A stretch of DNA of 63,416 nucleotides, filler included, from Reticulomyxa filosa (taxonomy: Eukaryota; Protista; Foraminifera), in NCBI GenBank assembly GCA_000512085.1. It is 17 parts of 17 records of this genome, joined end to end, with 100 filler letters (N's around TTAATTAATTAA, not from the genome) between each part and the next. Parts side by side here need not be neighbours in the genome. Positions count along the whole stretch, not along the records: positions 21,256 to 23,596 come from ASPP01013837.1; positions 23,697 to 36,014 come from ASPP01024852.1; positions 36,115 to 37,316 come from ASPP01016035.1; 14 more parts are not named here. One strand, 5' to 3'. Within the stretch, counting starts at the first letter, position 1; every line of letters starts with the position of its first letter. The notes below the pieces were generated by a model, which saw only the letters and a list, made by a program, of their open reading frames with translations, did no database searches and was not told the origin of the DNA. Both the position numbers and the translations under genes were made by a program. Below, in pieces: positions 23,551-37,416 of the stretch.

Positions 23551-25498
23551 GGTCAATTCAAGTATCATTGTCTTTTCAAATTACTCCTTAGCTTACNNNN
23601 NNNNNNNNNNNNNNNNNNNNNNNNNNNNNNNNNNNNNNNNTTAATTAATTAANNNNNNNNNNNNNNNNNNNNNNNNNNNNNNNNNNNNNNNNNNNNAATA
23701 ATACAAAAAAGTGCATGAAACAGAAAATCTGCCTAGTACAAATAAACGCAAATATGTAATCGGCATACAACATATTTTCTATTTGAAAGTCTTCGAACAG
23801 TTATACATAAAATGTCCGATTTCCCAAGTATCACTAGTGACTAACTTGAATAAGATTTAAAAATATCATATATTGTTATCAACTTGATGTTGTTTTTATT
23901 TTTTAAATGTTGTTAGCAGTGTTGATTATATAGTCAATTCGAAGAAACTGCATTTAGAATTTCGGTTTTTTTGGAAAATATTATCACAAAGCTCATACAA
24001 TACAATGCTAAAACATTGCGTCATGTATTTCTCCACATCGGTGGCTTTTCACCTCTTTTGAAATGAAGTAGACGTTGTTCCAAACTTACTTTTCTTTTTT
24101 TTACGTATGTGCTGTATATTAATAAAAAAAGCACGAATTCGAAGAAAAATTAACTTTGTTTGACAGTTTTCTGTTATACAAGCTAAAGTTGTTTCGACTT
24201 TTAAAAATAACAAGCCGAAACTTGTTTGAAAAATTGATTGAAAAGTAAGATTTCAATTTTTAGTGACACTTAGTCAATTCAAACGCAGAATAATGAATCA
24301 GAATAATGAAAGCATTAAAATGGCTTTAACTATTCGCAAATCAACAACCCTTGCATCGACAAGTATATAATAAACAAAATGCACATATATGTATGTACAG
24401 ATTTTTTTGTATGTACGTCTACATACACTCCAAAAAAAAGATTGAAATAACATAGCTATGACAAGTACTGCAATCTATGGACTGGTAACTACGTACATGT
24501 TGCGACAAATTATTTTTTGGGGGGTTTGATGCGGTGGTATGCTTGCAGTCTTTGCTTTATTTTTTCAAATTTGGCGAACGGATTTATGGCATCACATTCG
24601 GACATTTAGAGGCAATGTGCTTGTGTACCTGTTGTTGTGAATCCACTTCCAGAAAAATCTTACAAAGTCGATTGATCACATTTGGAGACTCTCCACAATT
24701 GCAGTCCAGTAAATGTCAGCATTTTTTAGGGCGACAAATCCGAGCCCATCCTTTGCCGGGATCGCCAAAAAAGCTATTGAAACTACCGATCCAGCCGCAC
24801 TTTCATCCAAACTCAATGTATTTTCACTTGATGTTGTATCTGAGTCAGCCCAGGAAAGTGACACACAAAATTAATCAAACAAGGAAGAGTGAATGCTATG
24901 CTTTTTAGATTAGGCTTAAACTACGATCCATTTATTCACTTATCTTTTTTCCTTCCTTTATATCCCCTCAAAACAAAACATCCAGTTGTATAAACTGTTT
25001 TGTGTCCTCTTTTTTAGTATATAATTGTGGGAGTTGGGCAATTGAATTTTTGTTGAAACTTCATCTCACTTTTTATAAATAAATAAAAACGACTAATTTT
25101 TAAATCAAAGTTGATGCTTACACGTGACTCTTTTGGCGCACTTCATATGAATTGAATTATCCAATTTTATTTTATTTCTTAGAAGCTCTAAATCAATCTA
25201 TTGCATATTACCACATGCAGTTATCAATTTTTTTTCAAAGACAAGTGAACCAAATTGACCTATTTACATATTTTCGACTAAAACAAAAAAATTTCAAAGT
25301 GAAACGATTTAAAAATTGAAATAAATGTTATTTATTCAAATACATAACAATGATTTGAATAAATATATAGTGTTTTTTCGTTAATTGAAATTAATCGAAA
25401 GAAAAATTAGTTATTGTATTTTTTAACTGAAGAAAAGCAATGAAAAATAAGAAATTTGAGACAATCTGTATTGTCTTTAACTTTTCAAAACTCGACTC

Positions 25499-27583
25499 AT
25501 GGAATTTTTTAGGCGTGTAAATGGATGGATCTTTTGGTTCATTTTTTTGTTGGTACCATTTTTATCTAATGGAAGGCAATGTCCGAGTGGAATAGAAATT
25601 TATTCGTTTGGCAAGCCTTATCGTCGAGATTTTTTGGGCTCGTATGAAATAGTGACCCAAAGGACACATGAAGAAAAACCAATTTTTCGATTTTCGTCAA
25701 AGCCACACTATTACCTATATTGGACAAATTTTCACCAAGAGATAGGCAGGTAACAACAAAAAAAAGGGTGTAGAGCCAAGGTTTGGTTTTTGCTCTCAGA
25801 CCACCTTTTTTTTCTGTTTGTGAAATCAATCTTGGCACAATGAAATGAAACAAGGTGGTGTGTAAGCAGCATACTCGGCGATGATGGATCAGTGATAGCA
25901 TACAAAGATAGCATAGCACCGAACCCCATCGAAATGATAAGACGCGAAGGTGATTGGATAGTAAAAGACGGAGACGAATGGATAACAGATGAGAGTCTGG
26001 GCATAAAATGTATTGGGCATATAAGTGCATACGAATACAAAAGCGAACACAATCGAAGTGATCCATGTTTGGTCGTTGGTTGTGTGAACATGAAGGTTGG
26101 AAGACACTCTTCGAGACAATGGCTGCCGACTGCAATATACGATTTTTTTGTGGACACGTGCATTGCACAACTCAATGTCTTCACTGGCGGAAAAAATCGT
26201 CACGCATTTCACTGATGCACAGCAATCGACAACATACATCAGTTTGGAACACAACAAGATATTATGGACCAATGATACTCATTGGATGATTTCGCAGTTC
26301 GCATTCGAAAATAAGCCACTTCAGCACTTGCCATTGTATGCGATAGCATCGTCCAATGCATTGTTCCCGGATGGAATTGACGTCCCCTCCTCGTCATTGT
26401 CCCATTGGAATGTGCACATAAGAGAGCCTATTGCCAATGCACACATGTCCTGTCATTGTCAAGTGCCGGGAAAGGCCTTTTACAGAAAGCATCTCGAGCA
26501 GACGCTGCGATCCAAGACGACGATGCAAGACGAAATGACAGTGCTGATTGCAAGTGACGGGACCATCGAAGGAAATAAGATCGTGGAACGCGACAATCCG
26601 TGGTCTCTATTTCGAGGCAATTATCTGGGCGAATACAAACTGTCCTCTGATCGAAAGTATTTCGTTTGGAGTAATCAATCCGATGACAAAATCCCTGTCT
26701 TTGGCATTGGTACTGCCGCTTTGAACAATGACAGACAAGTGATTCTGGCTGCGTTACGCCATGGCTATGAACTCATTGATACCGCCAGTGATCACGCTCC
26801 ATGGTATCAAAATGAATGGATTATCGGTAATTTATTTGCGGAACAACGAATCTCCAAACGCACATCGGTGATGATTACCACCAAGTTATATGCTGCAGAT
26901 CATGGTTAATTGCAATCTTTTTTGTTTAATCAATCGATCACAATCGCATTATATACATAATATTTTTTTAAAAAAAATAAAGGATTCGAAAAGTGCACAC
27001 GTGCAATCGAAGACTCGTTACAAGCGCTACAAGTAAGCTATATTGATGTAATGCTGATTCATCATCCGCATTGTGAAAGGACCGATGCGGAAGATACTTG
27101 TCAGGGGACATGGAAGTCGTCTTGGAATTGCTTGGAAAGCTATTATCGCCGTGGCAAAATTCGCTACGTTGGCGTTTCGAATTTTGACGTTTGGGAATTA
27201 AATGAGTTGTTGGAATACACTGACGTCCCTGTGTCGGTTGTTCAAAATTGGTATGACCCACTTCATCACAATGATCATGTATTGCTCATTTGCCAACATT
27301 TGGGAATTGTTTATCAAGCGTATTCCATATTGGGGACTCAACATGAAATGCTTCGTGATGATGGAGACAATCCAGTTTTAAAAGAACAAACAAATCATTG
27401 CTTTGAGCAAAAAATACCAAAAAAGTGTGACAAATTGTTTTAAAGTAGGGGTTACAAAAAAATATGGGCGTTTTGCCACGATCCAAAAATGTCAATAAAA
27501 TCAAAATGAATGCGGATTTGTTTGATTGGGAACTGGAAAAACAAGATTTTCTTGTCATTGATACACTAGACAACATAAGATAA
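25499..27583 (+). CDS. Signal-peptide protein with C-terminal aldo-keto reductase domain (multi-exon, frameshifts)
   Basis: Hydrophobic N-terminus WIFWFIFLLVPFLSNG. AKR motifs IPVFGIGT, IDTAS, YQNE, ITTKL, MLIHHP, GKIRYVGVSNF, VVQN and QAYSILG. Confidence 0.8.
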
Positions 27584-27964
27584 ATAAACAAAAGGAATAA
27601 TCCTTAAGTTTTTCATTTGAACGTTTTTATTGTCTGTTCCACGAATTTGCAACTCTGATGTAAACATTGCTTGGCCAAGACTTTTCACTCGATGATATTC
27701 TTCCCTTTTTTTCTTTAAGTCCATATAAAGAGGCTTTAATTGACAAGAGCATCCCTCACGACACAATACATCTATAACATTAATACTCTTAGCCTCTGTT
27801 TTAATGGAATTTTTTCCTCAAAAAATCAGTCGTTTTTTTCCCTTTAAAAACTCTAGAAAATCTTCCTTCCTATATCTTTGATCATAAAGTTATCCATACA
27901 AATTTTGAAGTTTCTTTCATCTTTATTGAGATTGGAAAAAAATCCCAAAAGTATTGTAACGTGG

Positions 27965-29869
27965 ATGTCATCGTTCCAAACTAACCTGCGTTTTCTGGAC
28001 GACATAAAATTTTTTGTACGTAATACGTACAGTCATACGATACATTTGCAGAAGTCATTGTTAGGAGAAGTGATACTGGGGACAGTGAAAATAGGCAATG
28101 GAGGGAATGGATTTGAACCCTATGATAGCAAAATACAGTCCTACTTGACAAATGCGATAGGCTCTGAAGCAAAGAAATCGAATAACTCTGGTGATTTGGC
28201 CAATGCTGTCGATGTCAGTGTTTCTCTTTCCTCAGTCTCATTACCGTCTCCATCGCCATCGTCATCACTGCTTCTGCCGTTACCATTGCCATTGGCACAT
28301 GAAAAACACGTGATCAAAATATGTGACAAAAGCGTGTGGCGACAACTCAATGACCACGTTCTAGAAAACCCGTTGATGGAAATCGAACTGATGCAAAATT
28401 TGTGTGTCGGCAACTCGTGTTATCCCTATTTTGTTAAGTGTATTGACGCATTTGAAGATCATTCGTCTTATTGTTCTCTGTTGGAGTACATTCCTGCCGG
28501 TTGGTCTATTTCTTCAAATCAAAGAGGGAAAGGGAGAGGGGAGAGGGGAGAGAAAGGGAAAGGGCATTTTTCAATAGACAAACGAATGTGCGTACTCTTT
28601 GTTTCGTCTATTCGAAGGGGATTTGTGCAATTATATCCAAGCGCATGGCGCATTTGAATTCGAACGGGCACGTCGCTATGCGAAACAAATCACATTGGCG
28701 GTGGAACATTTGCATAAGCACGGATACTGCCATTTGGATTTAAGTTTGGAAAACATACTGTTGGATCAAAAGACTGACACCGTCAAACTGTGTGGTGAGT
28801 TCTCTACCTTTCTTTCAATTTTTTTTTTCCCGGGGGTAACCGAGGACAAAACGTTCGTCGCTCATTTATCTCCCTTTCCATGATTTATGCATGTACACAT
28901 AACGATTTCGGATTGTGTGATGGGAGTTAGACTTTGGACTGTGTCGCAAGATGCTATCAAACAAAAAAGCATTTGAAGCGGCGTCCATTCGTCCCGGCAA
29001 GAAATCATACATTGCACCAGAGGTATACAACTACTCCCCGTTTTACGGTGATAAAGCCGATATATTTTCATTGGGCGTGATTTACTTCATTCTCTTTTGC
29101 GGCTTTCCACCGTTTCATAAGCCTTGCTTGAACGACACTTGCTTTCGCTATGTATACGATAAAGACATAAATGTATTGTTGGAGAAATGGCAACTGACTC
29201 ATGTGATAACGCCGCAATGCGTGGACATACTTAACAAAATATTTGTACCGGATTCCAAACGCATTGGAATGCAAGAGCTGCTGGCCCATCCTTTTTGGGT
29301 GGGAGTGCAGTTGAATGAATTGGACTCACAACAACACTCCATGACTGCAAAAATGGAAATAAAAGAAGAGTTAACAAGAAATCGAATACCTGCAATGTGC
29401 GATCAACTGCCGCAAGACAGCTTTGACTCCAATCCAATGGATCACTATTCCATCGAAAATAATGACTCGGAAGCTATGGATGACAGCTGCACAATCGGCT
29501 GTCAAGATCAAAATGAAATGAAATTCGCAAGTGATAACACCACAAATCAAGGTTGATATTTGTGTCCATCATTTATCATAATGTGTTCATTTGTTGACAT
29601 GTACATGCTGTCCTACTGTCCAAAACTATGTCACTTTTTACATATACACAACTAAAGAGGTAGTCAATACAGATTATCCTTTGAACCGTCGATGTTTAGA
29701 TTTGGAATTGCATCCTTCAAGAAGGGATGATCTATTGCCTCAACAGCATGTCTCTTGTGAAATCCGTAAGCGAACGTTGCTGCCTCATGGAACCGGAGAG
29801 GCTGACATGGCCATGGAAAATTTGACTGAAGGTATCTGGAATTTCGAAATACAAAGTGATGTTGAATGA
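27965..29869 (+). CDS. Ser/Thr protein kinase (CAMK-like, non-RD HLDLSLEN)
   Basis: HVIK, EIELM, HLDLSLEN, spliced DFG (intron 28795-28930), GKKSYIAPE, DIFSLG and KRIG..LLAHP. Probable last exon 29673-29869. Confidence 0.9.
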
Positions 29870-30599
29870 TCCGGATGACGATATATGTTTACGTTGGTTT
29901 AGCCAATATCCGCGTACGTTTTCAAAGGTTACACATACAAAAGATTCAAAAATATCAGCTTCTATTGGTTACGTAAGTATCTGTTGTTTCATTTTATTCT
30001 TGCTGCCGTTGAAATGCAAGGGATTGGTTGTTGATGCTTGATTTCTTTCAAAGCAAAAGTTTATGTTCTTGTTATTTTTGTGAAGGAAGACAGTTGTTTT
30101 GACGAAATGTTTTGTTTGCTTTTGTTTCTTTCCTCTTTTTTTTTCCGCTTTAAGGAGTCGAACTATGGTTTTGATGCCTCTCTAATGCGATTGTTTTGTG
30201 TTTTTTTCCTTCTGTTTTTTCATTTTTCTTTTCCAATGAAACACCTCTCATTTTTTGTGATTCTGTCTTTTGGTGGTGTTGAAAATTTTGAAATTGTGCG
30301 CACTTCGTTTCCATCCAACAATAATTTTGGAGGGGAAGAAACAATAACCAAGTTTGACTTTGGTTACTTGTAGCACAGATCCACAATTATCACAATTCGA
30401 ACAATAGTGATTTTTTTTCCAATGATTGCACAGCCAATAGCGGGCGGATTAAAAAAAATTAGTTTTTGATTTAGCAACAAATGATCAGCATTGTTTTGAC
30501 ATTTTTACTTTTTTTATTTCAGAGAATAGACTTTTGTGATGTCAATTCGAGTCAAATTGAAAAAACACATTTCTTCAACTTTTGTGCTAAAAAAAATAT

Positions 30600-31434
30600 A
30601 TGAACACGATCACTGAAGAAGACGTGCGGAAGCAATTGAGTTTGCTTGGCTTTCGTGATGTGTCAAAGAGCGTACTAAGTGCATACGTGAAAAACTGCGC
30701 GAATATGCTCACGACAATAGCTCGTCAAATCAAATGTCGCAAACAAAGTCGAATGAAACAACGTTTCAAGAACAAGATCCAAAATTAATACAAAAACAGT
30801 GCTCGTCACCAAATTCAATTTCTGTCCAAGACGAAAAACTCTTGCAAGAAGAGTTAGCAAACCGAAGGCATCGTGGTGCCGGAACAACTGTTTTATCTAC
30901 ATTTGATGATAATGGGATGCAACAAAAAACTGTCAACAGTCTAAAAGCCAATGATATCATTAAAAATTTAGATAAAAACAATCCTCGAAATTTGTCTTCT
31001 GTAAATGCTGTTGACGAGTCTTCAGAAGACGAGGAAAACGAAATCGAAGACAACGAAGACGAAGAAACGGACAACTTGTCTGAGTACAGTAATCAAACGT
31101 CTGCAACAAGACCATCTTCCAGATTAGTGAATAGATCAAGTTAAGTTACAATCTTAAAACGTGGACTCTCAGAGAATTTTTTTTTCTAAACAGAATTTTT
31201 AAACCTCAGAAACGAATCAACAATAAGTAACGCCGAAAAACGAAAAAGAAGGGACAACGGCGGATTTTACACAAATGACCCTGTATTACTGTTCCAGCGT
31301 TTTAAGTTTTATTATATTAACTCATTGTGCTACTTGAACCCTTCTTTATATATTTCTTTTGTTTCAGTAACGTGTGGAAACAGGACAGATTTTTGCATGA
31401 AAAAAGTCGATCGAGTTTATATCTCCGTCGCTGA
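30600..31434 (+). CDS. HYLS1-like centriolar protein
   Basis: N-terminal EEDVRKQLSLLGFRDV, an acidic linker, and C-terminal NDPVLLFQRF..VWKQDRFL resembling the hyls-1 box. One frameshift in an A-run near 30690. Confidence 0.55.
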
Positions 31435-31817
31435 TTTTTAAGTTTTTGAGTACCGATTGTTTAAAGTGTCATCGTGATTTTTTATGTGTACCGCAAAAAG
31501 ACACTTACCTTTCGAAATGTTAAAATTGCTTTCTTTGATTAAAGAAACCCAAATTCATTTGATTTTTTCATTACGCTCTTTTCAGAAACAACATTGAAAT
31601 GATTTCGTTCAAATTATCACAAAGCTACATTTCCTCGTTTTTGGTGTTTACTTGAATTAGATCTTTTTCACACTTTCTTTGTCCTTCAGAGCTAAAAATG
31701 CAATTAGAAACATAAACTCAATAGTATTTATTTGTTTACAAAATTGTAAACAAAGTATAACAACTGAGAAGTTGCAAGTAAAATGAATTTGGGGTGCCAT
31801 AGATTATAACTTGCAGT

Positions 31818-33296
31818 ATGGGTATTTGTGTAGGTAAAGATAATGCAAGTGAAGAAGTTTCAACCATACCAACGACAACAATGACAACGAATGATCCATC
31901 TAATAAAAAAGAAAAGACATCAGCACAAAAAACAGGGAAAGAGCTGAGCAACATTAAAGAGGTTACAGTGGGTACTGAAAACAATCCCGATACCCTTTTA
32001 GGTATGTATGATTTGAAGAAAACTTTAAGTGGGCCGGAAGTAAGTGATTTAGAAATTGGTGCAAGACTCTCAAGTGGCGTTTCGGCAGTAGTACTTGAAG
32101 CGGTCCATGAAAATACTCAAGAAAAATATGCTCTCAAAGTTGTCGAAGTTAAATAGCATTACAAAACAAATTAATAACAAATGAAAAAGGAAGAAACAAC
32201 AAAAAGTACAAAGACAGCAAAGATGTTATTAACGAAAGACAATCCGAACTCTTTTTAAACGAAATGTTGATTTTAGTCAAGTTGAAAGGCATCCCCGGAG
32301 TAATTAGGTGAAACTAAACTACTTGTACAAACATTTGAAATAATGTGCAAAAAAGCAACGCAATTGTATACTAAATCGCACGAACAATAGGATCAAAAAT
32401 ATACATATGGACGATCGCCGCGCTTACCTGTTGGAAACAAAAGCAAAGGGAGACCTTGTTGGTAATGGAAAACAGACCCATCACTATAGTACACAATATA
32501 CGTATACTTGATGAGCTTTTACTTTGTGATTTCGGTGGTGGGTTTGTAGATTGGATGAACCAAAAACAAAAGAATCGTGAATGGAAAGCCAAGGTAATAA
32601 TGAAGCAACTACTGACCACCTTGCAATTGATTCATCAAAACAACATCGTCCACCGAGACATTAAACCTGGCAATGTTGTATTCGTCAATGATAGCACTAA
32701 AGCGGTACAGAAAGAGCAAGATCTTTATCACGGTTTATACATCAATTTAATTGATTTTGGGGACGCTGTCGAGGTTGTTGACGATGCGATATATACAAAT
32801 TTCGTTGGCACTTTGAACTATTTGGCTCCGGAGCGATTTCGACCACATCGTGGTTGGGAATTGAAAGGTTTGAAGTATAACAGATGAAATACACTTATAC
32901 TATATTCTCATCAAAATATGCATTTTTCAAAAGAGATTAGCATTTATTTGTGTATGCAAATTTTTCTTAGCGTCAGATATGTGGTCACTGGGTGTAATCA
33001 TGTTCGAATTGTGTGTTGGCCTAAGCTGCTTCTATGGTGAAAATGACGAAGAAATTCGAAATCGAATATTGAACGGTACATTTTCCTATCCGAGTGATGC
33101 ACCAAAGCCTTCGAAACTTGGACAAAATCTAATACAATTGATTTTGAACGTTGATCCGTCGTGCAGAATTTCCGCTGATATGGCCTTGAAACATCCATGG
33201 ATTGTTACTGATCCAAAACAAGCCAAAGTTGCAAAGAAGCAATGGCAAATGTTACAAAGTGATCGACCAACTTGGGCAACTTACGCACCAAAATAA
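31818..33296 (+). CDS. Ser/Thr protein kinase (CaMK-like) with N-terminal myristoylation/palmitoylation motif
   Basis: MGICVGK start; LSSGVSAVV, YALK, HRDIKPGN, IDFG, GTLNYLAPE, DMWSLG and RISADMALKHPW across several exons. Confidence 0.92.
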
Positions 33297-34389
33297 AATA
33301 TTATTTTGATTTGTAAGTTAATTGCTCTTGTTGGCAATCTTGATCAATGTTGAGTTGTGCATTGGCGAATATTACTTTCTTATTTGTAAAATTGTATTCA
33401 TTCATTCTAAGTGATTAACTCAGGAATAATTATATTCAGTTTGTCACAAATGAACAAATATTATAAAGAAAAACAAATCAAAGGAAAATATATCAAAATA
33501 TTGCAATAGACAATAACAAACGAAAAATATATTATTAGTTTTGATTAAGCATTAAAATTAAAAAAACAAATAGATATCAAATATTGTAAGTAGAGATCAA
33601 TCAACTGTTGTGAAAACAATTTTGGCTATCTTTGGATAGTCATTGTGGATTACGATAGCGTTGCCAAACATATCTTTATTGAAAAAATAATTTTATAGAA
33701 ACATAGAACAAATCACAGAATATCTTTTTTATATGTTGTACTGTCTTATATATTGCATTTATTTGAAAATTCAATGTTCAAAAAACTACATTACCAAACA
33801 AAAAAGTATAAAATGAATTATAATGACTAATATTAAAGTATTTGACACAAAATAAACACAAAAGAAAGCAAAAAGCATTATGGTGAAGCAATGTGATAAG
33901 TTTACAAAGGGAATAGATTTGCAAATGCTTTTGAATGGAAAGCTATGCGAAAAGTAGCAAAACAAGATATGAACATTTTCCAGCAAAGAGGAGCTCTTTG
34001 ATGAGTTTAGCAAGCAATGATACTAGATTGGATGTAATAATCTTATTGCCTCAATGCACAAGCGTATTCATCATTTGATAAAAGCAATGGCGATTACACT
34101 AAGTAGTGAATTAACAATAAAAGCTTCTTTTAAACGCAAGTGTAAACGTTTGTTAAATGGATTATTTTTTCTTTACAATTTGATAGGTATGTAAAAAAAT
34201 TTTTTATTAAAAAAAAGGCATGATGTAAAAGCAATCTAAAAAAATTGAATGTATAATCTTTCAAATAAATGCAAGAGATAAGATAGTACAACATAGAGAG
34301 AGGCGTGTCGAGTGTTGGACTAATCTATCGCTTAAATGCTTTTTGCCTGCACAAAATAAGATCTTTCTAGTTAAAAGCGACCAAAAATG

Positions 34390-36014
34390 TCCATGCAAAA
34401 TAATCAAAAGAAAAACAATAAAGTTATTTGATGCTGACATCTGGTTTCCAATAATGAATTGCTTCATTGACAGTGACAATACATTGATATCTGGAAGCAA
34501 TTCTTGGACATTTTTCTATTAACTGTGACGTAATTCAATGTACCGCAAACATTTCATCAAGAAATGTTCGACAGTATCTTTTTCATCACACCAAATACAA
34601 CCAGGAGAATCTGATCTTTGGATGTTATACAAATAATCATTCAATATAAATTTACCAGTAATCAACCGATAAATAATCTTGCGTTCACTAAATATCAATG
34701 AATGTAATAAAATCTTTTCAAATGATTGATCATCCGTCAAGTTAGAAGGAAATATCGTGCATCGTATGTCTTGGATTATCAATACATTCACAAATCCAAT
34801 TTCTCTGTAATATATCTTAGAACATCTTCATTAAATGATCTCAATATCTTCTGACAATCAATAATTGGCAATTTATAGATGTCAGAATCCCATTTGTTGA
34901 ATATTGAATTGATCACGAACTTGCGAATAATCACTCACATATTCCGATATATGATCCAATGTTTGTTTGGTCTTTATTCTGTTTCAACAGATGTTTTCAG
35001 AAATTTCGTTTGGTATACTCGTTGTTCGATATATGATCTTACGAAATATCGCAAGATCAGATATATGAAATTTTCAACTAATATACACGTTTTTTATCGG
35101 TAAGAAAATTTTCTTATTAGTTTGAAAAGTTTGTTTTCTTTGTGTCTGTCTTTGTTTTTGTTTTCGCTTCAATCTTGTTAAAGACGAAAATCGTTGATAA
35201 TAATCGAAGATTAACTTCGAACTTCTTTCAGATACTGCTAGATGTTGCAGTAACTAGTTGTTCTGTGCTTGTTTTCCTTCAAAATACAACTTTTTTTTCA
35301 AAAGTTTATATCGATGTTTAAATGGATTTTTTTTTTATCTTGAATGACAAATCATGCACCTCCAATTCCAGGATTTGGGACGTACTTCAATCACAATGCA
35401 ATCCAACGATGATAAAATTTCATCTGATGTTGGCTCATTGAAGATCGCAAATGGTGATTTATTTGATTGTGGCATCATTGCGATTTGCATTGGTGGAATA
35501 TTTGGGATTGGATGTGAATCTGGTTCAACTCCAGCCTCAGCTTCATGGATGCATCCACGGGATAATGTCGACAATTTATCAATCAATGAGATATAATTCA
35601 AATGGGTCTTTGGTCTTGATTCATTCCAAATCTTGTATGCAAACCCAAGATTATGACCATTGAATCGACTGATGCACTTGTGATATAACTTCGCCTCTTC
35701 TTGTCTTCGTCGTAATTCAAGAGTGGGAAATAACATGACTGTGTCATAAGCGGTCTGATTCATTATGATCATTCATTTAATCAATATTATCTGCAAATAT
35801 CGAGCCACATTGAATAAGTTGATGGATGACTGTTGGTACATCAGTAGCAATATTGGGGATAAAGCAGATCCTTGAGGAGCCCCAATGATGAAATATTTCA
35901 TTGACAAGGACAATATATTGATATCTGAAAGCAATGTCTGGACATTTGTCCACCAATTGCGTAAGTCTTGATACTTCAAACATTCCATCAGGAAATGCTC
36001 GACATTTTTTTTTT
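34390..36014 (-). mobile_element. Degenerate non-LTR retrotransposon (LINE) ORF2 fragments
   Basis: C-terminal zinc knuckle RLITG...SPGCIWCDEKDTVEHFLMKCLRY, a second EHFLMECLKY copy, RT motif GAPQGSALSP and PTLELRR. Many stops. Confidence 0.8.
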
Positions 36015-36114
36015 NNNNNNNNNNNNNNNNNNNNNNNNNNNNNNNNNNNNNNNNNNNNTTAATTAATTAANNNNNNNNNNNNNNNNNNNNNNNNNNNNNN
36101 NNNNNNNNNNNNNN

Positions 36115-36819
36115 GGCTCGATCGCAAGCTATTCGAAATGGCAATAATGAAAATAACATCAAAATTGAGGAATTAGAACTTGACAAAGAATGGAGCGATT
36201 GTTGGCTGGTTAGAAATAAAAACGAATTACAAGAGCGTCCTGGTTACACCATGCCTCCTACTGATGAGTTCCCTGCATGGAGACCTGACCGAATTTTATA
36301 TCGATTTGACAGCACGTATTCATATCATACATAAATCAATAAATGCATACACACATTTTTTTTTTTTTTTATTTTTTTTATTCATTTATTTATGTTTACA
36401 CATATATAATACATATATTTGCGCTTTGTGCTCGGAAAAAAAAAAATCTTATCAGGGCAACATGAAGAAAAAAAGATCGGAGTATATTTCGCAATACAAG
36501 AGCAAACAATCGAAGAATGAGGACACAAACTCGTCGGATAAATCCTCTCACGAGGATGAAAAAAAAATATGTCGATGAAAATGAGGGATACGAGTGGAGA
36601 TTAACATCAGTCGAAAGGATAGGTGAAGATAAGATCGAATTAGATGAAGAGGAGAGCAAAAAGAGCAAGGAAGGATCCAATCCCAATTGGAAAGTTCTAA
36701 CTCCTTCCGATCATTTTGGAGTTTTAGCTACTTTTGAGTTGACTAATCGCACTGGTTCGAAAGTACCATTTGAACGTAGGATAAGTTCTCAGAGCAAAAG
36801 CTCCTGCTTAATACAGTAA
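36115..36819 (+). CDS. EEP-family phosphodiesterase (TDP2-like), C-terminal part with CaaX
   Basis: WSDCW..PGYT..WRPDRILY (36116-36310), an intron, then RIG and PSDHFGVLATF. Ends in SSCLIQ*. Confidence 0.75.
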
Positions 36820-37416
36820 CGCCTTTGCACAATTGTCTGCTGCTTGCTTGCTGTGCTTGTTTTGTTTTTTTTTTGGCACAATTCAAACAATCGTAACGTA
36901 TCCAATAACTTCAATGAATGTCCTTTTGTCGTAATTATTTTATCTCTCATTCAAATTCTTAACTATAATACTCAAAAAGCATAGAAACTGATGCAAACAT
37001 TACGCGAACTACTTTTCCATAAGCTTGTGTACAACACGATTAAGTACTGTGAACAGTAACGAGCTAAAGATTTACTAATCACAATGATTTTCTTTTATCG
37101 AATGGTGTAGCCCATGTGAGTTTTAAGCATTTTTTTTATGCACCGTGACAAAATTAAAATAAACATTCCATCAATCCCAAAAACTCTACTCTCTTACATG
37201 TTCTTAACCAAACACGGCTTGTCCGTTGTACAAAATAACGATATAAGAGTTGAGTTTTGTTTGTTCTAAAACTGCAACCAAAAAGGCGTTGTGTTTTCCC
37301 CAAAAAAAAATTGATANNNNNNNNNNNNNNNNNNNNNNNNNNNNNNNNNNNNNNNNNNNNTTAATTAATTAANNNNNNNNNNNNNNNNNNNNNNNNNNNN
37401 NNNNNNNNNNNNNNNN

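Noticed and set aside
24534-24908. Moderately GC-rich overlapping ORFs
   Set aside because: All minus frames are interrupted and no family could be assigned.
30685-30700. Programmed frameshifting here and near 36560 and 56925
   Set aside because: The shifts fall in homopolymer runs typical of sequencing indels, with no stimulatory structure seen.
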